DNA from: an uncultured Candidatus Saccharibacteria bacterium
GTDB lineage: Bacteria; Patescibacteriota; Minisyncoccia; Phycocordibacterales; UBA12088
Direction: 5' to 3'
Length of the DNA stretch: 64,000 nt
NCBI GenBank assembly: GCA_964562615.1
Contig: CAZLUD010000001.1
Coordinates: forward strand, 129,072 to 193,071
The position numbers and the translations under genes are program-made. Each line of letters begins with the position of its first letter. The first letter of the stretch is position 1. Under the pieces are notes generated by a model. That model was not told the DNA's origin. It worked only from the letters and a program-made list of their open reading frames with translations, and did no database searches. This document shows positions 38,192 through 48,512 of this stretch, piece by piece.

Positions 38192-38755
38192 ATGCCGCAG
38201 AACAAAATTTTCATTGTCCGACATGGTGAGTCTGAGAATAATCTTCAAGGGATTGATTGCTCCAAATTGGAGCATAAAGACAAATTTGGTTTAACTGAAG
38301 CTGGACAAAGACAAACCGAATCTGAAGCAAAGAATTTTGATGATTTTGACCTCATCATCACTTCACCACATAGACGGGCAGTAGAAACTGCAAACATTTT
38401 TGCACGTTATTCGGATTGTAAAGTTATTGAAAATGAATTCATTAGCGAAGTGAATTATGGCGATTTTGATCTTTATCCCTATGAGATATCCGATGCTTGG
38501 TTCAAAAATAAGGGCAGCGACGAATCACATCCTTTTCCTAATGGAGAGAGCTTATTTGATGCAAAAGAGCGCACAGCTAAATTTCTACAACGGATAAAGC
38601 AAACTTACTCTAACAAGAAAATCCTGATTGTTACCCACGGACACATCGTCCTGCTTTTACAAGAATTGCTCGATGAAAATTTTGAGCGACAAAAGGCAAT
38701 TGATGCTTACGACGATGATAAATCGAGAAAGGTGATAGAAGCCTACAGCCTCTAA
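38192..38755 (+). CDS. histidine phosphatase family protein (phosphoglycerate-mutase-like)
   Basis: IFIVRHGESENN (RHG catalytic motif) and HGHIV. Confidence 0.8.
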   Translation: MPQNKIFIVRHGESENNLQGIDCSKLEHKDKFGLTEAGQRQTESEAKNFDDFDLIITSPHRRAVETANIFARYSDCKVIENEFISEVNYGDFDLYPYEISDAWFKNKGSDESHPFPNGESLFDAKERTAKFLQRIKQTYSNKKILIVTHGHIVLLLQELLDENFERQKAIDAYDDDKSRKVIEAYSL

Positions 38756-38905
38756 AAATTACTTCCTATAACATTGCGCATGCAGTTCCTTGGCGGAGCT
38801 CATTTTAATGCATATGGATGCTTCCACATTTCATCAGTACGAGTGAATCTCTGATAAATTTTTTTAGTTCCATGTTTTTTATAAAAAAGAGGAAGACTTA
38901 GATTG

Positions 38906-39829
38906 CTACCTCTTATTCAAGAGCGCATCAATTCTATCTTCAACTGGTGGGTGTGTCATAAAGAGTGAGGCAAACCAGCTTCGCTTCGGTTCACCTTCTT
39001 CACGCTCTCCTTCTGTATCACCAAATGGATTTGCAATAAAAAGGTGCGCGGTGGCGTGACTTGCGCGCGCCATGTGATGCCCTCTGCCATAGGCGTGTAT
39101 TTTTTTGAGTGCTGAAGCTAATCCCTCCGGATAGCGAGTAAGAAGTGCGCCCGATGCATCAGCCAAAAACTCTCGCTTTCGAGAAATCGCAAGTTGTAGT
39201 AACTGGGCAGCAAGTGGTGCAAGTATTGCCCCAACAATACCAAGCACAAGAATGATAAGTCCCGCCTTTCCATCTCGCTCTCTCTCACCACCAAACATAC
39301 TCATACGCATAAACATGTCAGAGAGTATCGCGACAAACCCAACCAACACCACCGCCACGGTAGATATGAGCATGTCACGATTACCAATATGCGACAGCTC
39401 ATGTGCGGCCACCCCCTCAAGCTCTGCTCTATCAAGTATGGCAAGGAGTCCAGTAGTAAAAGCAACAAGTGAATGTTCAGGACTTCTCCCTGTAGCAAAG
39501 GCATTAGGCACTGGATCATCCACTATGTACACCTTAGGCTTGGGAAGCCCCGCTGTGATAGCGAGATTTTCAACAATGTTATGTAAGTCGGCATAGGTAT
39601 GCTCATCAGCAGGGTGTGCGCCTGTCATTGATACCACTAGCGAATCAGAAAACCAGTAACTCCCCACATTCATAATGATGGCAATTGCTACCGAGACGTA
39701 CAATATAATTTGATTGTCAAAGTAGAAACTAAATCCCCACCCAAGCGTAATTACCGCAATAAAGAATCCGATAAGGAGATACCAGGTCTTGCGAATATTT
39801 GCATCCTTGTGTGTGTAGAGTGTTGCCAT
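38906..39829 (-). CDS. htpX: HtpX-like M48 zinc metalloprotease
   Basis: HELSHIGNRD HExxH motif, N-terminal TM helices, M48 architecture. Confidence 0.85.
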   Translation of the reverse strand: MATLYTHKDANIRKTWYLLIGFFIAVITLGWGFSFYFDNQIILYVSVAIAIIMNVGSYWFSDSLVVSMTGAHPADEHTYADLHNIVENLAITAGLPKPKVYIVDDPVPNAFATGRSPEHSLVAFTTGLLAILDRAELEGVAAHELSHIGNRDMLISTVAVVLVGFVAILSDMFMRMSMFGGERERDGKAGLIILVLGIVGAILAPLAAQLLQLAISRKREFLADASGALLTRYPEGLASALKKIHAYGRGHHMARASHATAHLFIANPFGDTEGEREEGEPKRSWFASLFMTHPPVEDRIDALLNKR

Positions 39830-39896
39830 ATAGCACGTATAGAAAATTAGCCTTTCGCGATAAAAGACGTATACACTGCGCGTTGCTTACTATCGC

Positions 39897-40460
39897 TTAA
39901 AACTTTACTTCGACTGGTTTTCGAGCTGCTTCCTCCCCTGCTTCAAGTTCAAAAAACTCTCGTTCAGAAAACTTGAACATGTTTGCAATGATGTTATTAG
40001 GAAATACCTGTACTGAGGTATTAAGGTCTCGCACATTGCCGTTATAAAATCGTCGTGCTGCCTGAATTTTGTTTTCAGTATCAGATAGCTCTCGTTGTAG
40101 TTCAAGGAAGTTAGTATTTGCCTTTAGATCAGGATAGCTCTCTGCCACCGCAAAAAGTGATTTAAGCGTTTCTGAAAGCATGTTTTCTGCCTTTCCCTTT
40201 GCTTCAATACCTTCTGCTTTCATTGCAGATGCACGCATTTCAGTCACCTTCTCTAGAGTAGCCTTTTCGTGTGATGCATAGCCCTGCACGGTACTTACCA
40301 AATTTGGGATAAGGTCATAACGGCGTTTTAGCTGCACATCTATGTCTGCCCATGCCTCATTTGTCCTATTGATAAGACGAATAAAGCCATTGTATGCACC
40401 CGCAATCCATAGCCCAAGCACCACCAGCACCCCTATAAGAATATAAAAAATGATGTCCAT
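39897..40460 (-). CDS. lemA: LemA family protein
   Basis: N-terminal TM, then GAYNGFIRLINRTNEAWADIDVQLKRRYDLIPNLV, the LemA signature. Confidence 0.85.
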   Translation of the reverse strand: MDIIFYILIGVLVVLGLWIAGAYNGFIRLINRTNEAWADIDVQLKRRYDLIPNLVSTVQGYASHEKATLEKVTEMRASAMKAEGIEAKGKAENMLSETLKSLFAVAESYPDLKANTNFLELQRELSDTENKIQAARRFYNGNVRDLNTSVQVFPNNIIANMFKFSEREFFELEAGEEAARKPVEVKF

Positions 40461-40658
40461 ATGTATTGCAATTAGTAGTTACCAAAGTATACCAGAAATG
40501 TGGGATGCAAGTAAGGGAGTATCGCTCGTATAGGTGAGGTATTGACAAAATATAATTTTCGTGTAAATTGCCCCGTGGGTCAACATCTTATCGGTCCAAT
40601 AACGGGAGGCCGTCTCAACTCGGAAACACCACGCAATCCTGCGTGATGAATCTGGGAT

Positions 40659-41588
40659 ATGAGAATGCCTACTTTTACTGGGACCGCTGGTAACAACTCC
40701 TCGACGCAGACTGGGCTTATCCCGTGGGATAAGTTCTATATGCTCGAGGGGAAAGACTTGCTCGACCTTACCGGAGCAACGGGGAATCTCCCGTTCTACG
40801 TCTACGGTGGAGCAGGTGACGACACCTTGAGGGGTTCTTCCCGCACTGCCACCATCATGGATGGCGGTACGGGGAACGACTCCTTTGTGGTGAACAACAA
40901 GGGCAACGTCGTGGTGGAAGCGGCGAATCAGGGATACGACACCCTGTACATCGCCACTCCCTACGTCGATGCTGGGGGTTCGCGGTCGATCGTAATGGCC
41001 GGAAGCGGCGTCAGTGGTGGGTACACCGTTGACGTCGATGTCGAGGCCGTTCGGGCCAATGTATTTAGTGGAAGTATCGGACCCAAGAGCGTTGGGTTCA
41101 CCTTCCACGGAAACAGTGGTGCGAACACCTTCGGCGGCTCCGAGGGTGGCGATACTATGCGTGGCAACGCTGGTAACGACACTCTCGAAGGCAAAGGCGG
41201 TAACGATCGCCTCCAGGGCGGAGTCGGACTCGACATCCTCGTTGGGGATGGCGGGAATGACGTCCTCTTTGGGGACAAGTCCGACGGTGACAAGATCACC
41301 GGCGGCGCTGGTGCAGATCTCTTCGTCTTCGGCGGTAGGGGTGGAACGCAAATCACCCTTACCGATATCGTGATGGACTACGACCGAGTTCTGGACGATA
41401 TTGTCCTCCAGGGCATCGGTGGTATCAAGAGCGTATCAGGAGTCACAGCGGGTGGAACCACCCAAGTGACGGTGGTTGGCACCACTGATACCGCCATTTT
41501 CTCTATGGCGGGGTCATACTCGACCTCGGTGCTCAACAGCATGTTGGGTGCGAACGACATCCGCGTCGACAACAATTTGTTCGTCTGA
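40659..41588 (+). CDS. RTX-type calcium-binding repeat protein (GGxGxD nonapeptide repeats), GC-rich foreign gene
   Basis: YGGAGDDTLRGS, GGTGNDSFVV and GNAGNDTLEGKGGNDRLQGGVGLDILVGDGGNDVLFGD. No N-terminal signal peptide. GC visibly much higher than the flanks. Confidence 0.7.
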   Translation: MRMPTFTGTAGNNSSTQTGLIPWDKFYMLEGKDLLDLTGATGNLPFYVYGGAGDDTLRGSSRTATIMDGGTGNDSFVVNNKGNVVVEAANQGYDTLYIATPYVDAGGSRSIVMAGSGVSGGYTVDVDVEAVRANVFSGSIGPKSVGFTFHGNSGANTFGGSEGGDTMRGNAGNDTLEGKGGNDRLQGGVGLDILVGDGGNDVLFGDKSDGDKITGGAGADLFVFGGRGGTQITLTDIVMDYDRVLDDIVLQGIGGIKSVSGVTAGGTTQVTVVGTTDTAIFSMAGSYSTSVLNSMLGANDIRVDNNLFV

Positions 41589-41670
41589 TAAGGAGGGTAA
41601 ACCTCCAATCTATACGCCTCAAGTTTTGACCTGATCGCAGATACATAACTATAAGTGATCAGGTGCAATT

Positions 41671-41704
41671 GGGGGGTGGTCTATGACCACCCCCTTTTTT
41701 TTAT
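41671..41704 (+). terminator. rho-independent terminator after the RTX gene
   Basis: ggggggtggtc-tat-gaccaccccc followed by tttttttt. Confidence 0.75.
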
Positions 41705-42044
41705 TTTATATTGACATTTTTTTAAAAAAGTATTTTCTGGTATAAGCAACAATTGGAGTATGGAGGTAATTAGATGCAAACCTTTTTTCTTGTATTCTTG
41801 GCGTGCCTTTCAATAGCACCAGAGGCGCGCTGTCAAAAGGTAGAAATCGCCTGGGAAGGCAGTTTGCAACAATGCATGCTGTTCGGTCAGCAGAAAATTG
41901 CCGCATGGTCGGGGGAGCATCCTGGCTATCTTCCCATGCGTGGGTACAAATGTCTTTGGGGCAAAGCTGTATAAGGCTTTGCCCCAAAGAAAAGGCGCTT
42001 CCGAATATCGGAAGCGCCTTTTCTGTTACCGAATGACTTTTGTT

Positions 42045-43688
42045 TTAGTACATATCATCCTGCCCCTTCATCTCCTTTTTTGGTTCAGGAATATCAGCAA
42101 TAGCTACCTCGGTAGTAAGAAGGATAGCAGCAGCAGATGCCGCGTGACGTACCCCAGAGCGAGTCACTTTTACTGGATCAAGTATTCCTCGTTCAATCAT
42201 GTTTACTCGCTCACCAGTTTTTGCATCAAATCCTTCTTCAAGTTTTGCGTTTGCAACCCACTCTACGATTACCGCACTATCATCCTCATGCCCCGCATTA
42301 TAGGCAATACGATTAAGTGGCGCTCTCAGCGCAGAGAGCATAATGTCATACCCTGTTTCAAACTCAACTTCATGTCGCTTTGCACTCTTTGCATTCCCCT
42401 CTCTTTTTTTGCGAAGTATGGTTGATACCTTAGCAAGTGCAGACCCGCCTCCCGGCACTACCCCCTCTTCTATTGCCGCCTTGGTTGCATTAACTGCATC
42501 TTCTATCTTTAGCTTAAGATATTTCATCTCTGTCTCAGTTGCTGCCCCTACGCGGATAACCGCTACTCCACCAGAGAGCTTGCCAATGCGCTCCTGCAAT
42601 TTTTCTTTGTCGTACTTTGAGTCAGCATTCTTAAGCTGCGCTCGTAGTTGCGCTACGCGCTTATCAATATCTGTCTTTTTGCCCTTTCCTCCTACAAGGA
42701 CGGTTTTGTCTTTGGTGGCAACTACCCTGCTTGCTTTTCCAAGCACCTCTACTCCTACTGCATCAAATTTCATTCCCACCTCATCCGACACCACGGTAGC
42801 TCCAATTGTTACCGCAATATCAGCAAGCATGTCTTTTTTCTTGTCGCCGTACCCTGGCGCTTTTACACCAAGCACATTAAACGTACCGCGTAGTTTATTG
42901 AGCACAAATGTAGTGAGTGCCTCACCATCTATATCATCAGCGATAATCACCAAATCCTTTTTCCCGGTTTGTGCCAACTTTTCAAGCAGAGGTAACACCT
43001 CTTGAATTGAAGAAATCTTTTTGTCGGTTACCAAAATAGGCACTTCTTTATACTCCGCCTCCATGCGTTCAGCATTAGTTATCATGTAGGGCGAAATATA
43101 TCCCTTATCAAATTCAAGTCCTTCAACCACCTCGGTTTCTATACCAAATGATTGCGACTCTTCTACCGTCACCACCCCGTCCTTTCCTACTGTTTGTATT
43201 GTTTCAGCAATCTTTTCTCCCAAGACTTCGCTCTCTGCAGAAATAGTAGCTACATGCTGTATTTCTTCCTTACTCTTTACTGGGCGAGCCATCTTCTTTA
43301 GCTCTTCAAGGATATCTTCTGTTGCTTGCTCAATACCACCCCGCACCATCATGGCATTAGCGCCAAGTGCGGTTCTCCTAAATCCCTCTGAGATTATTGC
43401 CTGCGTAAGTACTACGGCAGTAGTAGTACCGTCACCCGCTGCTTCATTAGTCTTGGTGGCAACTTCTTTTACGATTTCCGCACCCATGTTTTCAAACCTA
43501 TCCGTGAGGGTAATTTCTTTCGCAATAGATACGCCATCATTAATAACCGATGGACCACCGTATGACTTTTCAATCGCTACATTTCTACCTCGAGGGCCAA
43601 TGGTAACACGTACCGCATTAGCAACCTTGTCCACTCCCTCTTTTATTTTTCGTCGTACTTCCTCATCAAAAATAATTTGTTTTGCCAT
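42045..43688 (-). CDS. groL: chaperonin GroEL
   Basis: MAKQIIFDEEVRRKI ... AVRVTIGPRGRNVAIEKSYGGPSVINDGVSIAKEI. 547 aa. Confidence 0.97.
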   Translation of the reverse strand: MAKQIIFDEEVRRKIKEGVDKVANAVRVTIGPRGRNVAIEKSYGGPSVINDGVSIAKEITLTDRFENMGAEIVKEVATKTNEAAGDGTTTAVVLTQAIISEGFRRTALGANAMMVRGGIEQATEDILEELKKMARPVKSKEEIQHVATISAESEVLGEKIAETIQTVGKDGVVTVEESQSFGIETEVVEGLEFDKGYISPYMITNAERMEAEYKEVPILVTDKKISSIQEVLPLLEKLAQTGKKDLVIIADDIDGEALTTFVLNKLRGTFNVLGVKAPGYGDKKKDMLADIAVTIGATVVSDEVGMKFDAVGVEVLGKASRVVATKDKTVLVGGKGKKTDIDKRVAQLRAQLKNADSKYDKEKLQERIGKLSGGVAVIRVGAATETEMKYLKLKIEDAVNATKAAIEEGVVPGGGSALAKVSTILRKKREGNAKSAKRHEVEFETGYDIMLSALRAPLNRIAYNAGHEDDSAVIVEWVANAKLEEGFDAKTGERVNMIERGILDPVKVTRSGVRHAASAAAILLTTEVAIADIPEPKKEMKGQDDMY

Positions 43689-43745
43689 AGTATATATAGA
43701 GTATTACCACCTATGGATAATCACGTAATCACCACTAACCTCTAA

Positions 43746-44033
43746 TTAAGACTCGAGTACTGCAAGTATATTGTCCTCTCTTACAAGGTAGTATTCTTTT
43801 CCACCAACCTCAACCTTTTCACCCCATTGAAATAGAATTTTGTCTCCCTCCTTTACATCAAGCGGGACGCGTTCTCCCTTTTCATTGCGCTTACCCGCGC
43901 CAACAGAAATAATTACCCCTCTATCAGATTTTTCTTCTTTAGACCCAGTGGGGATGATGATGCCCGAAGGTGAGCGAGTACCCATTTCTTCTGGAGTAAA
44001 CTCTCGTACCAGCACCCTGTCTCCAAGTGGCAT
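43746..44033 (-). CDS. groS: co-chaperonin GroES (a longer 132-aa form with Lys-rich N-extension is possible from the upstream ATG at 44144)
   Basis: MPLGDRVLVREF ... GIIIPTGSKEEKSDRGVIISVG ... GDKILF matches GroES. Confidence 0.8.
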   Translation of the reverse strand: MPLGDRVLVREFTPEEMGTRSPSGIIIPTGSKEEKSDRGVIISVGAGKRNEKGERVPLDVKEGDKILFQWGEKVEVGGKEYYLVREDNILAVLES

Positions 44034-44316
44034 AATCGGCACCGACGACACCCTTACTTTTTGCGGTGCGGTTTTGACAGATGGTGATGCTTGCTTCGAG
44101 TTTTTTGAAGCGGGACGCGTTGCTTTCTTTGCTTTCTTTGCCATATAAAGAAACTATTATCTGATAATACTTCTAATCGGAACATAGTATACAAGACTCT
44201 CTAAACTTGTATAGTTGCTACCCCTTCATACCGCTACCACGCTAGCTATATAGATGCCTGGTATGTGGTGCTGTGCTTGCTTGCCTCATGTGGGCGCCTA
44301 TGGTAGCATGTGGCAA

Positions 44317-44547
44317 ATGGAAGTTATCAAGGGCATTATGCCTTACCTACAAATAGCGATCTCCATTCTCCTCATTCTGGCTATTCTCCTACAACAACGG
44401 GGATCAAGCCTGGGTGGAGCATTCGGGGGAGATAATTTTTCAGCGACATTCCATACAAGGCGTGGCGCGGAAAAGGTATTGTTTCAGGCTTCAATCGTCC
44501 TTGCCTTTCTCTTTGCGCTATCTGCATTTGCTGTATTCCTCTTCTAG
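44317..44547 (+). CDS. secG: preprotein translocase subunit SecG
   Basis: ISILLILAILLQQRGSSLGGAFGG matches the SecG LLQxGKGxGLGxAFGG motif. Two TM segments. Confidence 0.7.
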   Translation: MEVIKGIMPYLQIAISILLILAILLQQRGSSLGGAFGGDNFSATFHTRRGAEKVLFQASIVLAFLFALSAFAVFLF

Positions 44548-44608
44548 GGTTCTTCCATCGCGTTACTAATTACCACTCCGATACTTTTTAGTTTCTATTA
44601 TATATTTC

Positions 44609-46339
44609 ATGACTGACGAGCACCCTACGTCTCTTGGTTCATTTCGTTTTTCAGTAGAACGAAAACTTGCTGAGACGCTTTCACAATTCTCCCCGTTCGA
44701 GCGAATACTATTTGGTCTTCTCTCGCTTATTCTTGTTATTTCAAGTTTTTTAATACTTGAAAAAGTGAGTGCTGCATTTAGTGAAGTAGTCCCTGCAACC
44801 GGCGGTTCATACGCTGAGGGCATCATAGGCTCTCCACGATTCATTAACCCACTTCTTGCTATTTCAGACGCAGATAGAGATATTGGGGCACTCATCTATA
44901 GCGGACTCATGCGCCCCGGAGAAAAGGAGGGATTAGTTACTGATCTAGCTGAGTCTTACACCATATCTGAAGACGGAAAGACATACTCGTTTATATTACG
45001 AAGTGATGCGGTATTTCATGATGGAAAACCGGTAACAGTAGAAGACGTCATCTATACCGTCGAGCGAGCACAAGACCCAGGACTTAAAAGCCCAATGCGA
45101 GCATCATGGGAGGGTATCGCGGTTGAGCGTGGAGAACAGCAACGTGAAGTTATCTTTACCCTCACACAACCATTTGCCCCTTTTCTTGAAAATCTCACTA
45201 TAGGAATTCTTCCAAAACATATTTGGAAAAGCTCAGATAATGAAGAGTTCCCGTTCAGTAAATTTAATACCGAACCAATTGGATCTGGCCCGTATGAAGT
45301 GTCATCAATACAACGAGATGAAACTGGTGTCCCTACCTCATATACCCTTACCTCGGTAAATGATCATTACCTAAAACCAAATATTAGAACCATCACGCTC
45401 AAGTTTTATTCAGGCGAGGACGCCCTCATTACCGCACTTAACAGAGGAGAGATTGATGCGGTAAGTGGCATACGTCCGACTTCACTATTTTCAATCACTC
45501 GCAAAGACCTTTCGATCATTACCACCCCGCTGCCAAGAGTGTTTGGTCTATTCTTTAATCAAAACAAAAACAGCGTCTTTGCTGATAAGGCACTACGAGA
45601 AGCGCTTGAGGTTGCTGTAGACAAAGAACGTCTCATCACGGATGCACTACTTGGGTACGGCACTATTATAGATTCACCATTTCCACCTACGGTAGTTGCC
45701 TCAACCTATAACCGCAGCGAGAGCGCGACAGATGATGCACTTGCATTACTCGCGTCACGTGGATGGACAAAAAATCCTGACACTGGCGTACTTGAAAAAG
45801 GTACAAAAGAAAAAGCACCCCTCAGTATCAGTATCGCAACCGCCAATGTACCCGAGTTAAAAACCGCTGCAGAATCTGTAGCTGAAGATTGGCGCGCGCT
45901 TGGTATCGATGTACAAATTAAAATATTTGAACCTAGTGATTTGACCCTTAATGTCATTAGACCTCGAGACTATGAGGTACTCTTGTTTGGTGAGGTAGTA
46001 GGACGCGGGCTTGATCTCTTTGCCTTTTGGCATTCATCACAAAGAAATGATCCGGGTCTTAATATTGCAGGATATGCAAGCATCACCGCAGACGCACTGC
46101 TTGAAAAGGCACGAAAGACCAGTGATGTACGTGAACGCAATGAACTCTTTACCTCATTTAGAGAAGAAGTAGCGAAAGAAAAGCCTGCAATATTCCTTTA
46201 CTCTCCCAATTTTTTGTATGTACTCAAAGACGATATTTCAGGTATCACCATTTCAAACATCGAAACGGGCTCTGACCGATTTGATTTTGCGCATGAGTGG
46301 TTTATAGAAACAGAGCGAGTATGGAGTTTCCTCCTATAA
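44609..46339 (+). CDS. ABC transporter substrate-binding protein, family 5 (peptide/nickel)
   Basis: N-terminal TM/signal. GGSYAEGIIGSPRFINPL ... SBP_bac_5-like architecture. About 576 aa. Confidence 0.75.
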   Translation: MTDEHPTSLGSFRFSVERKLAETLSQFSPFERILFGLLSLILVISSFLILEKVSAAFSEVVPATGGSYAEGIIGSPRFINPLLAISDADRDIGALIYSGLMRPGEKEGLVTDLAESYTISEDGKTYSFILRSDAVFHDGKPVTVEDVIYTVERAQDPGLKSPMRASWEGIAVERGEQQREVIFTLTQPFAPFLENLTIGILPKHIWKSSDNEEFPFSKFNTEPIGSGPYEVSSIQRDETGVPTSYTLTSVNDHYLKPNIRTITLKFYSGEDALITALNRGEIDAVSGIRPTSLFSITRKDLSIITTPLPRVFGLFFNQNKNSVFADKALREALEVAVDKERLITDALLGYGTIIDSPFPPTVVASTYNRSESATDDALALLASRGWTKNPDTGVLEKGTKEKAPLSISIATANVPELKTAAESVAEDWRALGIDVQIKIFEPSDLTLNVIRPRDYEVLLFGEVVGRGLDLFAFWHSSQRNDPGLNIAGYASITADALLEKARKTSDVRERNELFTSFREEVAKEKPAIFLYSPNFLYVLKDDISGITISNIETGSDRFDFAHEWFIETERVWSFLL

Positions 46340-46378
46340 ATAACAATTATTATTTGAAGCACTGACGCACTACATTAT

Positions 46379-48484
46379 ATGAACGAACAATTTCCACGAA
46401 GCAACAGACAAAGTCCTCGCGACAAAAGAAGCAGGCCTCGCCAAAGTATACGCACCATGCATACGGGTGAGAGTGCACCTACCCCTCTACCACCAACAGA
46501 GGGCACTGTACCAGCGCCACGGGTAGCATCGACACCTACAGCGCGACCTCGATATGAATATCGAGGGCAAAGTATTCATCCAGGACGACGAAGCACTGCA
46601 CCACGCAGGACTACCTATCAGGGAGGTACTGGCTACCCTCGACGAACATCATCAGCTCCGTCTACCCATCGAAGCGACAGCGCACATAAAGAAGAGCGAG
46701 TAAGTGCTTCAACGAGAAGTGCTCGAAAATCTTTGCGTGAGAGACGACCACGTACCTCTGCTCCAAAGGCAGAAGTCACGCCACTACTCCCTATTCCTAA
46801 AATTGCTCCTGGGGTAATTCGCATCATCCCACTTGGTGGCGTAGAAGAAATTGGCCGCAACATGACCGCAGTTGAGATTGGTGACGATATTTTTGTTATT
46901 GACTGCGGATTTCAATTCAAAGAAGAAGAAACTCCGGGTATCGATTACATTCTTCCAAATACAAAATACCTTGAAGACAATAAAGAGAGAGTTCGTGCGA
47001 TGTTGGTAACGCACGGTCACCTCGATCACATCGGCGGTATTCCATATATTCTCGACAGAATCGGCAATCCCCCACTCTATACCCGAAACCTCACCGCAAT
47101 AATGATCAAAAAGCGACAGGCAGAATTTCCCCATCTTCCACAAATCGACATGCGAGTTGTAGAGAAGAATGAAAGTATCCGCATTGCAAATGCATCATTT
47201 AGATTTTTTGGCGTCACCCACACCATACCAGATTCAATGGGAATCATTATAGACACTCCCTATGGCCCAATAGTCGCTCCTGGTGACTACAAACTACAAC
47301 ATGTTGCGGGAGTACCATCGCTTGAAGAAGAGCAGGAATACAAATTTTTCGACAATGAAAAATCGCTCTTTCTCATGCTCGACTCAACTAACGTTGATCA
47401 ACCTGGATGGTCTACCCCAGAGCACCTGGTACACGAGGGGTTGGAACACATCATCCAAGAATCAAGTGGACGACTTATCATTGGCACCTTCTCGTCACAG
47501 ATAACTCGTATCATAAAAACCATTCAGATTGCTGAAAAGTACAAGAAAAAAATTGTAGTAGAAGGCAGAAGCATGAAGACAAACATCGAGATTGCGCAAC
47601 TAGCAAAAATGTTTGAGCCACAAAAGGGCACATTCATCACGGCGCAAGAAATGGATAGATATCCAAAAAATAAAATTATTATCCTCTCAACTGGTGCTCA
47701 AGGCGAAGAATTTGCTGCACTTATGCGCATGGCTAATAAGAGCCACAAGTCTGCTCGCATTGAGCCAGGTGATACTGTGGTACTCTCTGCATCAATCATC
47801 CCCGGTAACGAAAAGGCAGTCGAAAAGCTGAAAGATAATCTTGCAAAAGCAGGCGCACGTATTGTCAGTTATCGAACAAGCGAACAATACATTCACTCAA
47901 CTGGTCACGGTAACCGCGAAGAGCTCGCATGGCTACACAGAAAAGTAAAGCCTCGGTTCTTCATGCCACTTCATGGCAACTACTACCGCCTCAAAATTCA
48001 TGCTGAGCTTGCAGAAGAAAACGGCATCGCAAAAGAAAACATCATCATTCCTGAAAACGGGTCCATCCTTGAAATACGTGACGAGGGCACAAAGATGGTA
48101 AAGCTAAAAGAAAAAGCACCATCAAATATCCGCATGGTAGACGGCTTTGCCGTAGGTGATATGCAAGAAGTGGTTATCCGTGATAGACAAATGCTTTCAG
48201 AAGACGGTATGTTTGTGGTCATTGCTATGGTCAATCTAAAAACCGGCAAGTTACGAAAGTCCCCTGACATTATTTCTCGAGGATTTATTTATCTACGTGA
48301 ATCACAAGACCTCCTTGGACAGACAAGACTTATTGCTAAAAAGGCGGTTGAGGATACCACCGCGACAATGAATCCTATAAACTTTGACTACGCAAGAAAA
48401 AATCTTACCGATGCTGTAGAACTGTTTCTTTTCCAAAAGACAGCAAAACGTCCTATTGTGATACCCGTCATCCTTGGCGTGTAA
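46379..48484 (+). CDS. rnj: ribonuclease J (metallo-beta-lactamase/beta-CASP) with a ~140-aa basic low-complexity N-terminal extension
   Basis: IRIIPLGGVEEIGRNMTAVE and LVTHGHLDHIGGIPYI (HxHxDH) with beta-CASP motifs. The N-terminus is Arg/Ser/Pro/Thr-rich. Confidence 0.9.
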   Translation: MNEQFPRSNRQSPRDKRSRPRQSIRTMHTGESAPTPLPPTEGTVPAPRVASTPTARPRYEYRGQSIHPGRRSTAPRRTTYQGGTGYPRRTSSAPSTHRSDSAHKEERVSASTRSARKSLRERRPRTSAPKAEVTPLLPIPKIAPGVIRIIPLGGVEEIGRNMTAVEIGDDIFVIDCGFQFKEEETPGIDYILPNTKYLEDNKERVRAMLVTHGHLDHIGGIPYILDRIGNPPLYTRNLTAIMIKKRQAEFPHLPQIDMRVVEKNESIRIANASFRFFGVTHTIPDSMGIIIDTPYGPIVAPGDYKLQHVAGVPSLEEEQEYKFFDNEKSLFLMLDSTNVDQPGWSTPEHLVHEGLEHIIQESSGRLIIGTFSSQITRIIKTIQIAEKYKKKIVVEGRSMKTNIEIAQLAKMFEPQKGTFITAQEMDRYPKNKIIILSTGAQGEEFAALMRMANKSHKSARIEPGDTVVLSASIIPGNEKAVEKLKDNLAKAGARIVSYRTSEQYIHSTGHGNREELAWLHRKVKPRFFMPLHGNYYRLKIHAELAEENGIAKENIIIPENGSILEIRDEGTKMVKLKEKAPSNIRMVDGFAVGDMQEVVIRDRQMLSEDGMFVVIAMVNLKTGKLRKSPDIISRGFIYLRESQDLLGQTRLIAKKAVEDTTATMNPINFDYARKNLTDAVELFLFQKTAKRPIVIPVILGV

Positions 48485-48512
48485 GCGGCACCCTGCGCTA
48501 TACTAGTAGTAC

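Noticed and set aside
40479-41373. 290-aa, 131-aa and 119-aa ORFs overlapping the RTX gene
   Set aside because: They lie antisense to, or out of frame within, a GC-rich repeat gene. High GC suppresses stop codons. No motifs found.
42343-43005. 220-aa plus-strand ORF
   Set aside because: Antisense to groEL.
44034-44260. CIRCE/HrcA operator upstream of groES
   Set aside because: No TTAGCACTC-N9-GAGTGCTAA inverted repeat is present.
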